Shown piece by piece: positions 13,922 through 29,326 of a DNA stretch of 64,000 bases. How positions within the stretch are numbered: position 1 is the stretch's first letter; each line of letters opens with the position of its first letter. The position numbers and the translations under genes were made by a program. Below the pieces are notes generated by a model, which saw nothing but the letters and a program-made list of their open reading frames with translations, did not search any database and was not told the DNA's origin. The stretch is from the human T2T-CHM13v2.0 reference genome, Homo sapiens: NCBI RefSeq assembly GCF_009914755.1, contig NC_060929.1; one strand, written 5' to 3'.

Positions 13922-14119
13922 GTGTATACAATCACCTATTTCAATCTTTGTGTTGCTTATTTGCAACAAAAAAAGAGAATGCATGAGAAAGATTTACAGG
14001 CCACAGTACTCTTATAAAGCATAGATGGAAAGCAATTGCTTCTATTGAAATCATGGCCAATTCACTCAATTTCTCTGATATGCATATGTACATAAATAAG
14101 CTAAAGTGCTTCTTTAATG

Positions 14120-16492
14120 CAGGCATACCTTGGAGATACTGTGAATCTGGATCCAAAACACAGCAATAAAGTGAGTATCACAATAAAGCAAGTCACATGA
14201 TTTTTTTTTTGGTTTCCAGTACATATAAGAGTTATGGTTACACTATACTGTAGTTTGTTGCGTGCAATAAAATTTTGTCTAAACAACGTATAAACCTTAA
14301 TTAAAAATATTTTATTAATAAAAATACTAACAATCACATGAGCCTTCAGTGACTCCTAATCTTTCTGTAAGTGTGGGGTCCCACTTCAATGTTCATGGCT
14401 GGTGACTGTTCAGAGTGTTGGTTGCTGAAGTTTGGAGTGCCTGTGTCAACCTCTTAAAATAACACAACAATAAAATTTGCTGCACTGATGAACTCTTCCT
14501 TTCACAAAGGATTTCTCTAGAATATGAGTTTCTTCTTTCAAAATTGGAGTCAGTTCTCTGAAAACCTGCCATTGCTTTATCAACTAAGTTTATGTAATAT
14601 TCTAAATCCCTAGTTGTCACTTGGACAATGTTCATAGCATCTCTCCATTAAGAGATTCCATCTCAAGAAACCACTTTGTTTCCTCATCCCTAAGAAGCAA
14701 GTTCTTATACATTCAATTTTTATCATGAGATTTCAGCAATTCAGCCACATCTTCAGGCTCCACTTCTAATTCTAGTTCTCTTGCTATTTCTACCCCAGCT
14801 GCAGTTACTTTCTCTAACGAAGTCTTGAACCCATCAAAGTCATCCACAAAGTTTGGAATCTACTTCTTGCAAGCTCCTGTTAATGTTGATATTTTCACCT
14901 CCTAACATGAATCACAAATATTCGTAATGGCGTTTATAATGGTAAATCCTTTCCAGAAGGTTTTCAATTTACTTTGTTCAGATCCAACAGAGGAATCACT
15001 ATCTGTGGTACTTATAGCCTTATAATATGTATTTCTGAAATAATAAGAATTGAAAGTCAAAATTACTTATTGATCCATGGGTTGCAGAATGGATGTTTTT
15101 CTAGCAGGAACAAAAACATTAATCTCCTTGTACATCTCATCAGAGCTCTTGGGTGACCCGATGCATTGTCAATGAAGAGTAATATTTTGAAAGGAATGTA
15201 TTTTTCTGCATACTAGATCTCCACAGTGGGCTTAAAATGTCAGTAAGCCATGCTTTAAACAGATGTGCTGGCATCCAGACTTTGTTCTTCCATTTATAGA
15301 GCATAGGCCAAGTAGATTTGACATCATTCCTAAGAGCCGTAGGATTTTTCACAATAGTATACGAGCAATATCTTAAACTTAAAGTCACTAGCTGCATTAG
15401 CCCATGACAGGAGACTCAGCTTGTCCTTTGAAGCTTTGAAGCCAGGCATTGACTTCTGTCTAGCTATGAAAGTACAAGATGGCAACTTTTTTCAATATAA
15501 AGAAAATAAAGCTGTTTCATCTCCATTGAAAATCTGTTTAGTGTAGCCACCTTCATCAATGATCTTAGCTAGATCTTCCAGATAACTTCCTGCAGCTTCT
15601 ACATCAGCACCTGCTGCTTCAACTTGCACTTTTATGTTATGTTGATATCTTCTTTCCTTAACCCTCGTAAACTAACCTCTGCTACTTTCAAACTTTTCCC
15701 TGCAGCTTCCTCACCTCTCTCAGCCTTCATGGAATTAAAGAGAGTTAGGGCCTTGCTTTGGATTAGGCTTTAGCCTAAGGAAATGTTGTAGCTAGTTTGA
15801 TTTTCTGTATGGACGACTCACACTTTCTTCATATCAGTGATAAGCCTGTTTCACTGGAATAGCATTTTTTATATCCTTAAAGAACTCTTCTTTTGCATTC
15901 ATAACTTGGCTAGCTGGTGCAAAAAGTCTAGCTTTTGGCTTATTTCAGCTTTTGATATGCCTTCCTCAGAAAGATTAATCATTTCTAGCTTTTGATTTAA
16001 AGTGAGAGATATGTGACTGTTCCTTTCACTTGAACACTTACAGGCCATTGTAGGGTTATTAATGTGCCTAATTTCAATATTTTTGCATCCCTAAGATTAT
16101 AGAGGCCCAACGAGAGGGAGAAAGACTGGGGATGGCCAATCAGTGAAGCAGTCAGAACACACAAAACATTCATCAATTAAGTTTGAGGTCTTATGTGAGC
16201 AAAGTTCATGACACCGCAAACCAATTGCAACAGAAACATCAAAAATTACTGAAAACATATCACCATAACAGATAAAATAATAATGAGGCAATTGGAAAAT
16301 TACAATAATTGCCAAAAGGAGATGCAAAGAAATTAAGTGATTACATGATGTTGAAAAAATGTTGCTAACAAACTTTTTTGATACAGAGTTGCTGCAAACC
16401 TTAAATTTGTTAACAACAACAACAACAACAAAAGCAAAAGCAATAGCTGTGAGGTACAATAAAGCAAAATGCAATAAAATGAGGTATGTCTG
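14120..16492 (-). mobile_element. Tigger1 DNA transposon, near full length (2373 bp), transposase disrupted
   Basis: TIRs caggcatacct / gaggtatgtctg; ORF fragments LYKWKNKVWMPAHLFKAW (15140-15397) and TTRDLEYYINLVDKAMAGFQRTDSNFER (14393-14635) resemble Tigger1/TIGD1 transposase. Confidence 0.95.
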
Positions 16493-16503
16493 TGTTACCC
16501 TTT

Positions 16504-16814
16504 TTTTCTTTCTTTCTCTTTTTTTTTTTTTTTTGAGATGGAGTCTCACTCTGTCACCAGGCTAGAGTGCAGTGGCATGATCTCAGCTCACTGCAACCTC
16601 AGCCTTTCTACCTTCAAGCAATTCTCCTGCCTCAGCCTCCTGAGTAGCTGGGACTACAGGCCCCCGCCACCATGCCCAGCTAATTTTTGTATTTTTAGTA
16701 CAGACGGGGTTTCACCATGTTGGCCAGGACGGTCTCGATCTCTTGACCCTGTGACCCACCCGACTCAGCCTCCCAAAGTGTTGGGATTACAGGTGTGAGC
16801 CACCGTGCCTGGCC
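16504..16814 (-). mobile_element. AluSc
   Basis: Sc diagnostics ctgtcaccaggc (1-nt deletion) and tctcgatctcttgacc; TSD CTGTGTTAC(C/T)CTTT. Confidence 0.92.
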
Positions 16815-16842
16815 CTGTGTTACTCTTTCAGTGATTTTCACT

Positions 16843-17030
16843 GTAGTGGAAGAGAGATCCTGGTTAACAGCATATTGGTCCTGGTTATTATGGTGTAGCT
16901 GCTTACTTCCTATGTACGTAATCTTAGGAACAAGTCAGTTAACCTTTTCTCAGGACTTGCTCTTTATGTAGTGTAATAAAGTGCTTGGATTAAGTGATCT
17001 CTACAGACCTTTATTTTGTCTAAAATGAAA
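16843..17030 (+). mobile_element. MIR/MIR3
   Basis: gtagtggaagag...caagtcagttaacctt...ttggattaagtgatctct. Confidence 0.55.
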
Positions 17031-17995
17031 ACAGTAGATATCGTTACAAGTGATGGGCATTTTTTTTATTTATTCCACAGAGAAGTAGATTACTTTCCGG
17101 AATGTCACTTTACTCTGCTAAAGAAACTAAACCTATGGATGTGTATGTTGGCAATCACTTGTAGCAATATCTATAAATAAAGATAAAATAAAGATCATTT
17201 ATACTTTGCTGTGTTTCCCTGCATTCGTTTTAGGCTCTGATAGGGAGTCTCTTCATGGAGTGAAATCTTTACTTAAAATATCTCATGAATAGGATGACAC
17301 ATCTAAAATTAAAATTAGATCTTGCTGCCCAAAAACACGGTATTTGAATCACATCCTGAGTTTTATCTTGAAATTGAAGGCTTAGTGCTGGCTATTTCTT
17401 TTGAGTGGCTTACTACTTTGGATATAAAACCTTTATGCTTTGCCTATAGGAGGAAAGTATTTTAAAACTTAAGTCACTATATGATTTATCTCTTGATTCT
17501 ATAAATATATTTTTAAAATCTCTATGTCAGAATGAGTTTAATTTGACAAAGATTTATTGAGTGCTAGGCATAGTAGAGAAAGATGAATGTACAAAATAAA
17601 ATAATTGCTGTATTATGCAATCGTTAACTGTAACACTCTACTGCCTGAATATAACTTTTTCAACATTCAACTTTTTCCCCTCACTAAATCTATGCTTTGA
17701 ATTCATGATAACTTTTAGTACCTTAATTCTTCAATTTTCTATTTTCCTATCCAGGCTTCCTTTTCTCCTGCATCTCATCTTAAAGTCATGAAAGCTCATT
17801 TTAGAGCCTCTTTCTTCAATATCCTCAACAGCTTTGTCTCTATGTCTTCTATCCCTGCACTTTAAGGCCCAATTGTCAACATAGGTTATTTGTTGTCTCT
17901 GTTGACTACATCCAGGCTGCTGAGCACTGCTAAAGGATATCACATACCTATGGGAGAACCGGAGAGAGCAGATGTATAGTTTCTAGTTTCAGTTG

Positions 17996-18138
17996 GGTAC
18001 TTAAGTCTTCCTGTAGATCTTTTAAGCTTTTACTTGCAGTGTCTCTTCCATATACTATTATGTTAGGTATTTAAATCTTCCTGTAGATCTTTTAAGCTTT
18101 TACTCACAGTGTCTCTTCCATATACTATTATGTTAGGT
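17996..18138. repeat. 70-bp tandem duplication (2 copies)
   Basis: 17996-18065 vs 18066-18135, 4 mismatches. Confidence 0.95.
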
Positions 18139-18361
18139 TCCCAGAACTCTTCTCAAATTCCCTTGCTTATCCTTATCTCTTGAGTCCTAGAACTTGACTA
18201 TGCCTTTGAATTCATAGAGAAAACAGGCTAGACTAGGAGAACTCTCCTAGTTTTAATCTTTCACCTGCAAAATACCTGTGTCCACTCTAGCTTTTCTCCC
18301 TACTTTTTTGAAGAAAGCAATGATTCTGTTAATAACAACTTTAAAAATCCTGCCTACTTTG

Positions 18362-18657
<296 letters not shown>

Positions 18658-19141
18658 TTCCTACCTGCTTTGAAATGGACCTCATCATCCCTAGTTCCTC
18701 AGGGACTTCAACCCATCCAGTATCATGGCTCACTCTCTTAACGTCAACATTCCTTTTTACACAGACTCCTTTCAACAAATTTCTATTTTTCCAACCTAAA
18801 ACAATGAATAAACCCAGAACTCACTTTAATTTGATATATTCTTCCAGGCATCACTTGTATAATTTAATTCATTGATAACAAACTTTATTGAAAGAATATC
18901 CTTCACTTCTTACTTAATGCCACCGACATACAGGTCACTGTAATTAGGATCCTGCCCCTTGAAATCCATGGAACTACTTTTGCAACAATTACCAGAAATG
19001 TCTCATTGCATAATTTAATGTGTACTTTGTGGTTTTTATATAATTAATTTCTGAAGAACATTCGCTAGTAGAGTTGACCATTTCATTTTTTACATTAAAA
19101 TGCTTTCATCTCTTGGGTGTGTTTTTCTTCTACTTTTTTGA

Positions 19142-19582
<441 letters not shown>

Positions 19583-20281
19583 TGAACTCTGCCAGATTTT
19601 CTGTCACCTGAATATTACTATCAACTACTTCTATGGTTTCCTCTGCATTAGAAGTAAAAATGTTTCTAACAAGGCCTGTGGCTATAGAATCAAATATAAA
19701 TTGATGACGCCACAATTCATATCTCAAACACAAATTTTCTCTCACATATCATAATATATCTGTAAGACATCTAAGAAAACTCCTATTGGTTCGCAGTGGT
19801 ACCTGAAATTCAACTGGTATAAAACTGTGCATATAATTTCTATGTCCTAAATCAATCGTTTCAATTTATCCTTTTACCAAAAGGCACTTCTGCTTGCCTT
19901 GGTTTTATAAGCCAGATACTGGAAATCATCCTAGATTATTCCAACCTTCTTCATTCCTAGTGTTTACTGAATACTGTCAATTTCTAAACACCTCATCAAT
20001 GAATTCTGTTATCTACATTTTCACAGACTTTGTCTTATCTCTGTTTCTCGTAATTGTCCACTGTATTATGTTAATTGTGTTTTAACTGATGTTTCTGTCT
20101 ACCATTTAACTTCATTTAATTCTTCTCTATATTTAATATTTTAACGATTTGACTTGTGTAATTAAGATGTTCTTTATTACCTTCAAACAGAACATAAACT
20201 ATCTTGAATATGAAAAGGCCATACATGGGTCTTATTCAATCTTTCTTATGTCATTCCCAGCTTGCAGCTTCTGTTTGGACC

Positions 20282-20518
20282 ACACCTTGTCCAACCCATG
20301 GCCTGCAGGCCGCAAGTGGCCCAGAATGGCTTTGAATGTGAACCAAGACAAATTCATAAACTTTCTTAAAACATTATAATTTTTTGTGATTTTTTTTCTT
20401 TCTCTCTCTTTTTTTTTTTCTTTTTGCTCATTAGCTAGTGTTAGTGTATTGTATGTGTGGCCCAAGACAATTCTTCTTCCAATGTAGCCCAGGGAAGCCA
20501 AAAGATTGGACACCACTG
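20282..20518 (-). mobile_element. MER30 hAT MITE
   Basis: ggcccaagacaattcttcttccaatgtagcccagggaagccaaaagattggacacc is the reverse complement of the MER30 start. Confidence 0.9.
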
Positions 20519-20565
20519 CTAATACATATTATTTGAATTATCTTTGGCTTTAAACATAATGTCCT

Positions 20566-21105
20566 CTTTCTTTTTTTCTTTTTCTGTTTTTATTATACTT
20601 TAAGTTCTGGGATACATGTGCAGAACGTACAGGTTTGTTACATAGGTATACATGTGCCATGGTGGTTTCCTGCACCCATCAACCCGTCATCTACATAAGG
20701 TATTTCTCCTAATGCTGTCTCTCCCCTAGGCCCCCATCCCCCAACAGGCCCCAGTGTGTGATGTTCCCCTCCCTGTGTCCATGTGTTCTCATTGTTCAGT
20801 TCGACTTATGAGTGAGAACATGCAGTGTTTGGTTTTCCGTTCCTGTGTTAGTTTGCTGAGGATGATGGTTTCCAGCTTCATCCATGTCCCTGCAAAGGAT
20901 GTAAACTCATCCTTTTTTATGGCTGCATAGTATTCCATGGTGTATATGTGCCACATTTTCTTTATCCAATCTATCATTGACAGGCATTTGGGTTGGTTCC
21001 AAGTCTTTGCTATTTTGAACAGTGCTGCAATAAACATATGTGTGCATGTGTCTTTATAGTAGGGCGAGTCATAATCCTTTGGGTATATACCTAGTAATGG
21101 GATTA
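20566..21105 (-). mobile_element. 5'-truncated L1PA (about L1PA7) 3' end
   Basis: ORF 20789-21037 equals the L1 ORF2 C-terminus (IAKTWNQPKC..WIKKMWHIYTMEYYAAIKK); 3' UTR and poly(T) present. Confidence 0.95.
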
Positions 21106-21297
21106 CTTCAAAAATTACTAGAAATATAATCTCTCTTATTTAATTTAATGCCTCTTAGCAGTCTGTCCCCAACCACAAGAAGCAGTTGTTGAATTATCTT
21201 GTGTCCTTTTAACATCTTGTTCTTATCTTTTAACATACAACTAATTATGTCATACATATACATATGTTAATTATTGGGTAAGTTTCTATCTAGTTTA

Positions 21298-21412
21298 TGA
21301 GAATGTAAGATCTATGAGGAAAAGAGCTGTATCTTTTTCTGAGTGCCTAGTGCTTTGCATAGTGCCTACTGGACATAGCTAATACAGAAGAAAAGATTAA
21401 TAAATGAATTAA
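21298..21412 (+). mobile_element. L2 3' end
   Basis: gaatgtaagatctatgagg...catagtgcct...taaatgaat. Confidence 0.6.
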
Positions 21413-22047
21413 TTCTAGTGGCTAGCAAAGTCCAAGGAGAGTGTAGATTTATAAAAATACTTTATAAATGTGTAAGGTGACTAAGATTTTAAAGGCAAAT
21501 GGCATTCCTCTGTCCATGGATATGGAGCTCTGTCTGATTTTTAACTACTCTCTACCAAAAAGTTTTACATGACACAAACCTTCTTTACTCTCATGTTAGG
21601 TAGTATGAACCTACATCAAAAATGATTTGAATATATTTGTTAATGATTTACAAGTTCAATAAAACATGTAACAATGATGTTAGGATAGTATAATTTTTTT
21701 GTCTTAACAGGTAATCAAGTTTCCCACAGAACTTCTCTTTGAAGGAGCTAGGAAGATATTTACACTTAGTTTTTTCAGCCTGGAATTGCTCATTCAATTT
21801 ACCTGCAGAATCTACTTTTTGCTAATTATCACAAGTCATAAAATCTGTTCCATAAAACTCCTCCAGTCTTCAATATTGACTTTTCTGTCTACTAATTTTA
21901 TTCTGTCTCTTGATTGATCTGATTTACTCTTTAGATTCGGTATAGTTTTCTTGCTAAAGACCTGGACAATAAATATTACGGTCCTAAATCTCAGGTATGT
22001 GGCATCAGGCTTTCTTTTGGAGTAATCCTTCGTTGGTTAATCTAGGT

Positions 22048-22210
22048 CAGTGCTTCCCAACTATAGCGGTATACACGATAAATATCTGTAGAGCTTAAAA
22101 AGTACAGATTAGCAGTTTCCAGCCCAGACCAATTAAAGAAATTTCTGGGGACTAGATTCAAGCATGGACATTTTAAAAGCCAGAGATTAGTATTGACAGA
22201 GTCTCTGTGG
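22048..22210. mobile_element. MER5-like MITE
   Basis: cagtgcttcccaac...aaaagtacagatt..cccagaccaattaaa..tctgggg. Confidence 0.55.
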
Positions 22211-23330
22211 CCCAATATGGTGATGCTTTCCTATTCTAAAAGCAGATAAAGGCCAACATTCTCTGTTCTTTGTAAGAGGGAGCTGGGAGGAATCTGTAAT
22301 TTAGTGTAAAGGTAGAGATTTCCACTGAGGCAATGTTCCAGTGAAGGAATTCACAGGAAAATAGGTTTAGAATGGTACAATAAATAATTCACAAAAATTA
22401 GAAAATCATTGATTCAATTTAACTGTGTGTTGAGACAAACCGGATTCCTAAAATTTTACCTTTGTTTGGAAATAAAACCTTTGTTTTGGAAACAAAGCTT
22501 TCTAATAATACATAAGCCTTTTATTTTTCTCCAGATTACCTCTAGTAGAGGACACTACCAAGACTTCTAGTTTTTGGATGTTTGGTTAAATTTTACTTTT
22601 CAATTCAAATTTTAAGTTTCATCAGTTAAGCTTCAATCTGTTATTATTTTATTTTTTTAGTACCAAACAATTAAAAGGCTATTAGAAACATATACTGGAT
22701 GGTTTCTATTAGTGGCATCAGTACAATAAATAATGTGTTCGCAACATTTTTGTTTCTGAGGAGCTCTGAAAGCTGAAAAGCTAAATCTCTGAACACATTG
22801 TTTTTATTTAGAGGACAAAAATGAAATAGGTTTGCTTTGAAATTAGAAATTGCTAATCCTATTTCCTAAAGTTGTTAACGGTGAGTCCCTGTTTACAATT
22901 GGATTATCCACTGAACCAAGGTCTGCGTACCATGTGTGATGGAAATTGAAAAAGCCTGTATGACTAGCTGCCATTGATTTTATGTTACTGCACAATGGTA
23001 AATGTGCCATCTCTTTAACACCACTCTCTATGGCTCTATTAAAGTGCACTTTCAAGATTAGAAGCTCAAGAAAGTAAATCATTAAGTGAAGAGAAAATTA
23101 AAAATACAATTATTAATGAGACTGACAACCTTTGGCTGGCTCAATAATTATTTGCTTTTTAAATTGAGCATTTTATACAAATGTGCAGGTGTTATCAAAG
23201 TTATCATGTTGTGCTGAGAGATAATTGCTCTTTTCATGTTGTTTTTCTCACTGGTTAACATATGAAGCCTAAACTGATCTAGTCCTCATGTTAGAATAAA
23301 AGTGTTGTCTACAGTCCTCCTTTATAAGGG

Positions 23331-24313
23331 TATATCAGTCAGGGTTCTCCCATTGTGATGGTTAATATTGTCAACTTGATTGCATTGAAGGATGCAAAGT
23401 ATTATTCCTGGGTGTGTCTGTCAGGGTGTTGCCAAAGGAGTTTAACATTTGAGTAAGTGGACTGGGAGAGGCAGACCCACCTGCAATGTGGGTGGGCACC
23501 ATCTAATCAGCTGCCAGCATGGCTAGGATAAAGCTGACTTGCTGAGTCTTCTGGCCATCATCTTTCTCCTATGCTGAATTCTTCCTGCCCTCCAACATCA
23601 GACTCCAAATTCTTCAGCTTTTGGACTCTTGGACTTACACCAGTGATTTTTTTCCAGGGGGTCTCAGGCCTTCAGCCACAGACTGAAGGCTGCACTGTTG
23701 GCTTCCCTGCTTTTGAGGTTTGAGGACTCAGATTGGCTTCCTTGCTCCTGAGCTTGCAGACAGCCTATTGTGAGACTTCACCTTGTAGTCGTGTGGGTCA
23801 ATACTCCTTAATAAACTCCCGTTCATATATACATCTATCCTATTGGTTCTGTCCCTCTAGAGGACCCTGACTAATATACCAGAGAACTAGAATCAATAGG
23901 ATATACACATACAGAAAAAGATTGATTGTAAGGAATTGGCACTCACACAATTATGGAGGTTGGCTAGTCCCATGATCTGCAGGGTGAATCAGCAGGCTTA
24001 AGACCCAGGAAGATCTGATGATTAAGTTAAAGTATGAAGGCAGGAAAAGGCTGAGGCCCCAGTTCAAAGGCCAATGGGAGGAAATAATTCTCTCTTACTT
24101 GGGGGGAAAGTCAGTCTTTTGTTCTATTCGGGCCTTCAATTGATCAGATGAGGCCTACTCATATTATGGGAGCAATCTGCTTTACTCAGTCTATCAATTA
24201 AAATGTTAGTCTCATCTGAAAAGACCCTTACAGACACACCTAAAATAATGTTTGATCAAATATCAAAGCACCCTGTAGGCCAGTCAAACTGACACATAAA
24301 ATTAACCATTACA
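23331..24313 (-). mobile_element. Older MLT2 (C/D-like) solo LTR interrupted by MLT2A2
   Basis: tatatcagtcagggttctcc | ccagagaactagaatcaatagga ... gacacataaaattaaccattaca. Confidence 0.85.
23354..23878 (+). mobile_element. MLT2A2 solo LTR (HERV-L)
   Basis: tgtgatggttaata..gtcaacttgattg..gaaggatgcaaagtatt ... gaccctgactaatata, including the A2-type ggacttacaccagtg..gactgaaggctgcac block. Confidence 0.9.
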
Positions 24314-24480
24314 AGCAGTAAGGATACATACTCATGATATGTTCAATTAAATGTCATTATTAATTGGGATTCAGAAAAGATGGTTTGAAATATCTTAACT
24401 AATTTCTACATTTAAATAATAGCTATAAATATCCCAGCAAGACCCTCTGGCTAGAAGAGTGTTTCCAAACCTCAACCCTA

Positions 24481-24983
<503 letters not shown>

Positions 24984-25351
24984 CTAGATAAGCATAACCA
25001 CCTTGTAAATTTTGCATTATCAAAGTGCCATTTGTGCTTTTGTACTTGGATTGCTTTTTTCCATCTGTCTACACACAAGGACACACATTTCAAATATATT
25101 TTTTTTTTGCTGTTTTATTTTACATTTATTTAAATATTGTCAAGAAAATAATGTTAATATTACATTTATGAAATCATGCAGTTTGTGCACTAGCTCTATT
25201 TCCCCAACTGACAGTAACATAAATGCATAATTAATACAATTTTAAAAAATCTGTGTGCCACATAAAATAAGCTTATTACTACCAATGGTTTGAGAAAAAT
25301 TAAGTTTGCAAAAATTATTTTTAAAGGATGAAAATACCAGCCACAACTTGA

Positions 25352-25679
<328 letters not shown>

Positions 25680-26979
25680 TAAAGCAACTATTTTTTTTTT
25701 AAATAAATGTTTAATCTTATAAATATGTCTAAAAGAGTAAAGTGGGCTTTTGTAAACCAGGGGCTATACAGTAGTAAAAATAGATGGTAAATTTGATTAG
25801 ATAATATTCACATTGCTATACTGGTGGTTTAGGCGTAAACATATGAACTTTTGTGTATTTATAAATAAATTTGATATAATATGTGATATTAATATATTAT
25901 GAGATGCAAAACATAGACCAAAATTAAAAATTTTAATGGATGGTATAGAAACATGTATAGAAATACACATGAAACATTTTTTCTCCACTATTCAGTTGAT
26001 AGTCTTGAGCAATCTCTAGTGGTTATACTCCATTAGATGAAATCTGTAAATCAACATCAGGATTTGGCTGCTCATATGAATCAGTCATTTCACATTTCTT
26101 AAAGACTCTCTATTTATTTGCCATAATCTCTTGCTTTATTAACAGTTTCCAATTATTTTGTATACTTTAATTTTAGTTGTGGGGTAGAGTTAGAGCAAAA
26201 CAATGGATAACGAAATAAAAGAACAACTGCTGAAGGACCAATAAGAGTAGATTTAGGTATCCTAATTAGTGGTATTCAAGAATGTTAAACATAGATTTAT
26301 TTTTCTAGGAAAGTTACAGTTTTGTTTTGTTTTGTTTTTTTAAAGTAAATAGCTGAATTGGCAAAGATACTTTGCAGACTGCGACTCAGTATTAAGTTAC
26401 TTCATGGTTGTTTACTACGAACTTAAGGACAAACAAGGGTCTTTCAATTTTTGCTTATGAAGACAAAGAGAAAACCTTTTGTTTTAAGTAGCATGTGGCT
26501 TATAGAAGCATCTTATTAAAATAACATTTTCCCTGTGGGCATATGTATTAAGAACCAGTTTACCCGGCCTAAAATCAATTACTTCTGCCTATGGCAATGA
26601 AGGTCTGAGTTAAACATAATTCTCAGAGGTAGTTAGCATTCCATTGAAGGTTATTGCTTCTATCCAAGAGAGGAGTTACCCAATTTAATCAATTCTCTGA
26701 GTGTTAAACCTTAGATAGTAAACAATTTAGATTATAAATAGTGCAATTATTAAGTATAACAAGACACTGTGTTTTAACTAGATAATTCACATAGTAATCA
26801 ATGGCTAGCAAGAGTTCCAGTTGTTTAATATTTACTTGCACTTTTGATCGGAAGTCAACATAAAACAATTTTATTTATTAACTTATTTCCATGACTCTAG
26901 ACTTGCTCTCTCTCTCTCATATGCTCTGCTCATTTAGTCAAAGGGTTTTTTTTTTTCTCTAAAGAAGGAACTGAGGTAA

Positions 26980-27518
26980 CTTTCCTGATTCAAATTTTTA
27001 CCTTATCTTCCATGCACTCTGGTAGAATCCAAATGCCTTACAGGGCTTAGTAGGGTTTTTATTATCTGACTCCTGTTTACTTTCCTAGCCTCAGGTTTTA
27101 TCTCAGTAACTCTCTCGGTTTTCCCTCCTTTCTTCAACTTGAATTCTACACTCCGGTCATTCTAAAAATTTTTTTCTTTTATTTCTTCAAAGACAGTTCA
27201 ATCTCTCACTTCAGAGTGTTTATATAGACTGTTGCCTCTGTTAGGAAATTTCTTCTGTTTTTGCCTCACTCATTTATTTCAATGTTTAGGTTTCAACATG
27301 GATACCAATACCACTGGACATCCTTCCCTCACTTGCCAAAACCAGATTAGTATTCTTTCTCAATAGTCCCATAATGATCTATTTTTTTCCTAGCATATAT
27401 CTTTCCATCCTGAACTTGCAGCTTTATTTAATACCATGTCTAAATCTTACACTGTTGTGTTCCTAGAGGCTAGGTGCTGAGCAGGTGGTAGTTACTCAAG
27501 ACATGTTTATTGAGTAAT
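26980..27518 (+). mobile_element. L2 3' region
   Basis: aatccaaatgcctta..ttatctgactcctg..gttgcctctg..catccttccct..tgtttattgagt. Confidence 0.6.
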
Positions 27519-27641
27519 TCAGTGATTAAACTCTTAGTTAAAATAGAAGTGTTTTTCAATTTCTTAGTTAATACAGAAGTGATTCTTAACACACCCCCAA
27601 CATTTGATCCACTTCCATCAGAAGCAATGGTTTATTCATAG

Positions 27642-27950
<309 letters not shown>

Positions 27951-28016
27951 ATTCTGTAGCATTTTAATGGAAAGTGGGAGGCATAGTAAGGTCTCTATGA
28001 GTATGAAGTGGATGAG

Positions 28017-28021
28017 GTGTG

Positions 28022-28060
<39 letters not shown>
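28017..28060. repeat. (GT)22 microsatellite with one interruption
   Basis: Direct reading. Confidence 0.95.
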
Positions 28061-28062
<2 letters not shown>

Positions 28063-28894
28063 AGTTTGAAAGGTTCCCAGATGACTCTGATACGTTTCTC
28101 TGTGCAACATGGCTTCTGGACTAGATTTAGTAATTTAAGAATAGTCATTTGAATTCTTCCAAAATCAGCTACCTGTTTTAATAAAAATTTGAAAATCTTC
28201 ATACTAAAACCTTGGGGAGAAAAAAAAAGACCTCATTATTTGGATACTATGGAAAAAGAAGACAATGGCTAACCATTTACCTACCTCTGCCTTCATTTTC
28301 CCATTCTGTTCCTAATAGTATTATTTATCACTTGGCAATTCTTTACTTTCCATCAGTGTAGAATATAGGGTGCTACTGTTAATCGTTCATCCAAGAATAT
28401 GACTTAGCCATAATAGACACCTGCTAAGATTCTGTTTAATGGGGATATGGAGGTGTTTGTTAGCTCCCAGGGTTTATCCAAATAGCATGAATTTTAAATT
28501 ATAGGTAGAAGTCTGTCAACAGCTACTATACCTTTTTCTAGCTATATCCAGGAAAAGATTTTGCCAATGTAATCAGATCAGAAAATGAAATAAATTATGA
28601 ATATTAGAGAGTAAGATATTTAAACACAAAAAACATATAGTGGATTTTGAAATCATCAGCTTTTATGAAAAAATAGAAGAAAGTTTCAGAATTCTTTTAG
28701 ATTAGTAAGAAATGAGTCATAGCAGTCATAATACTAGCAGGATTTACTGAAATATTCGGGGAGGCATATGGTATTAAAGCCAGCAAAAATGGTTTTAATG
28801 AACTATTTAAAAATATTATACCTTATATCTTAGAGAAAGAATGCTGTTATACAGAAGAACTTACTATTTGAGAATGAATAATTGAGGAAAAGTG

Positions 28895-29326
<432 letters not shown>

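Noticed and set aside
14393-15397. Transposase-like peptides as a domesticated TIGD gene
   Set aside because: Short fragments broken by stops and frameshifts; a decayed Tigger1.
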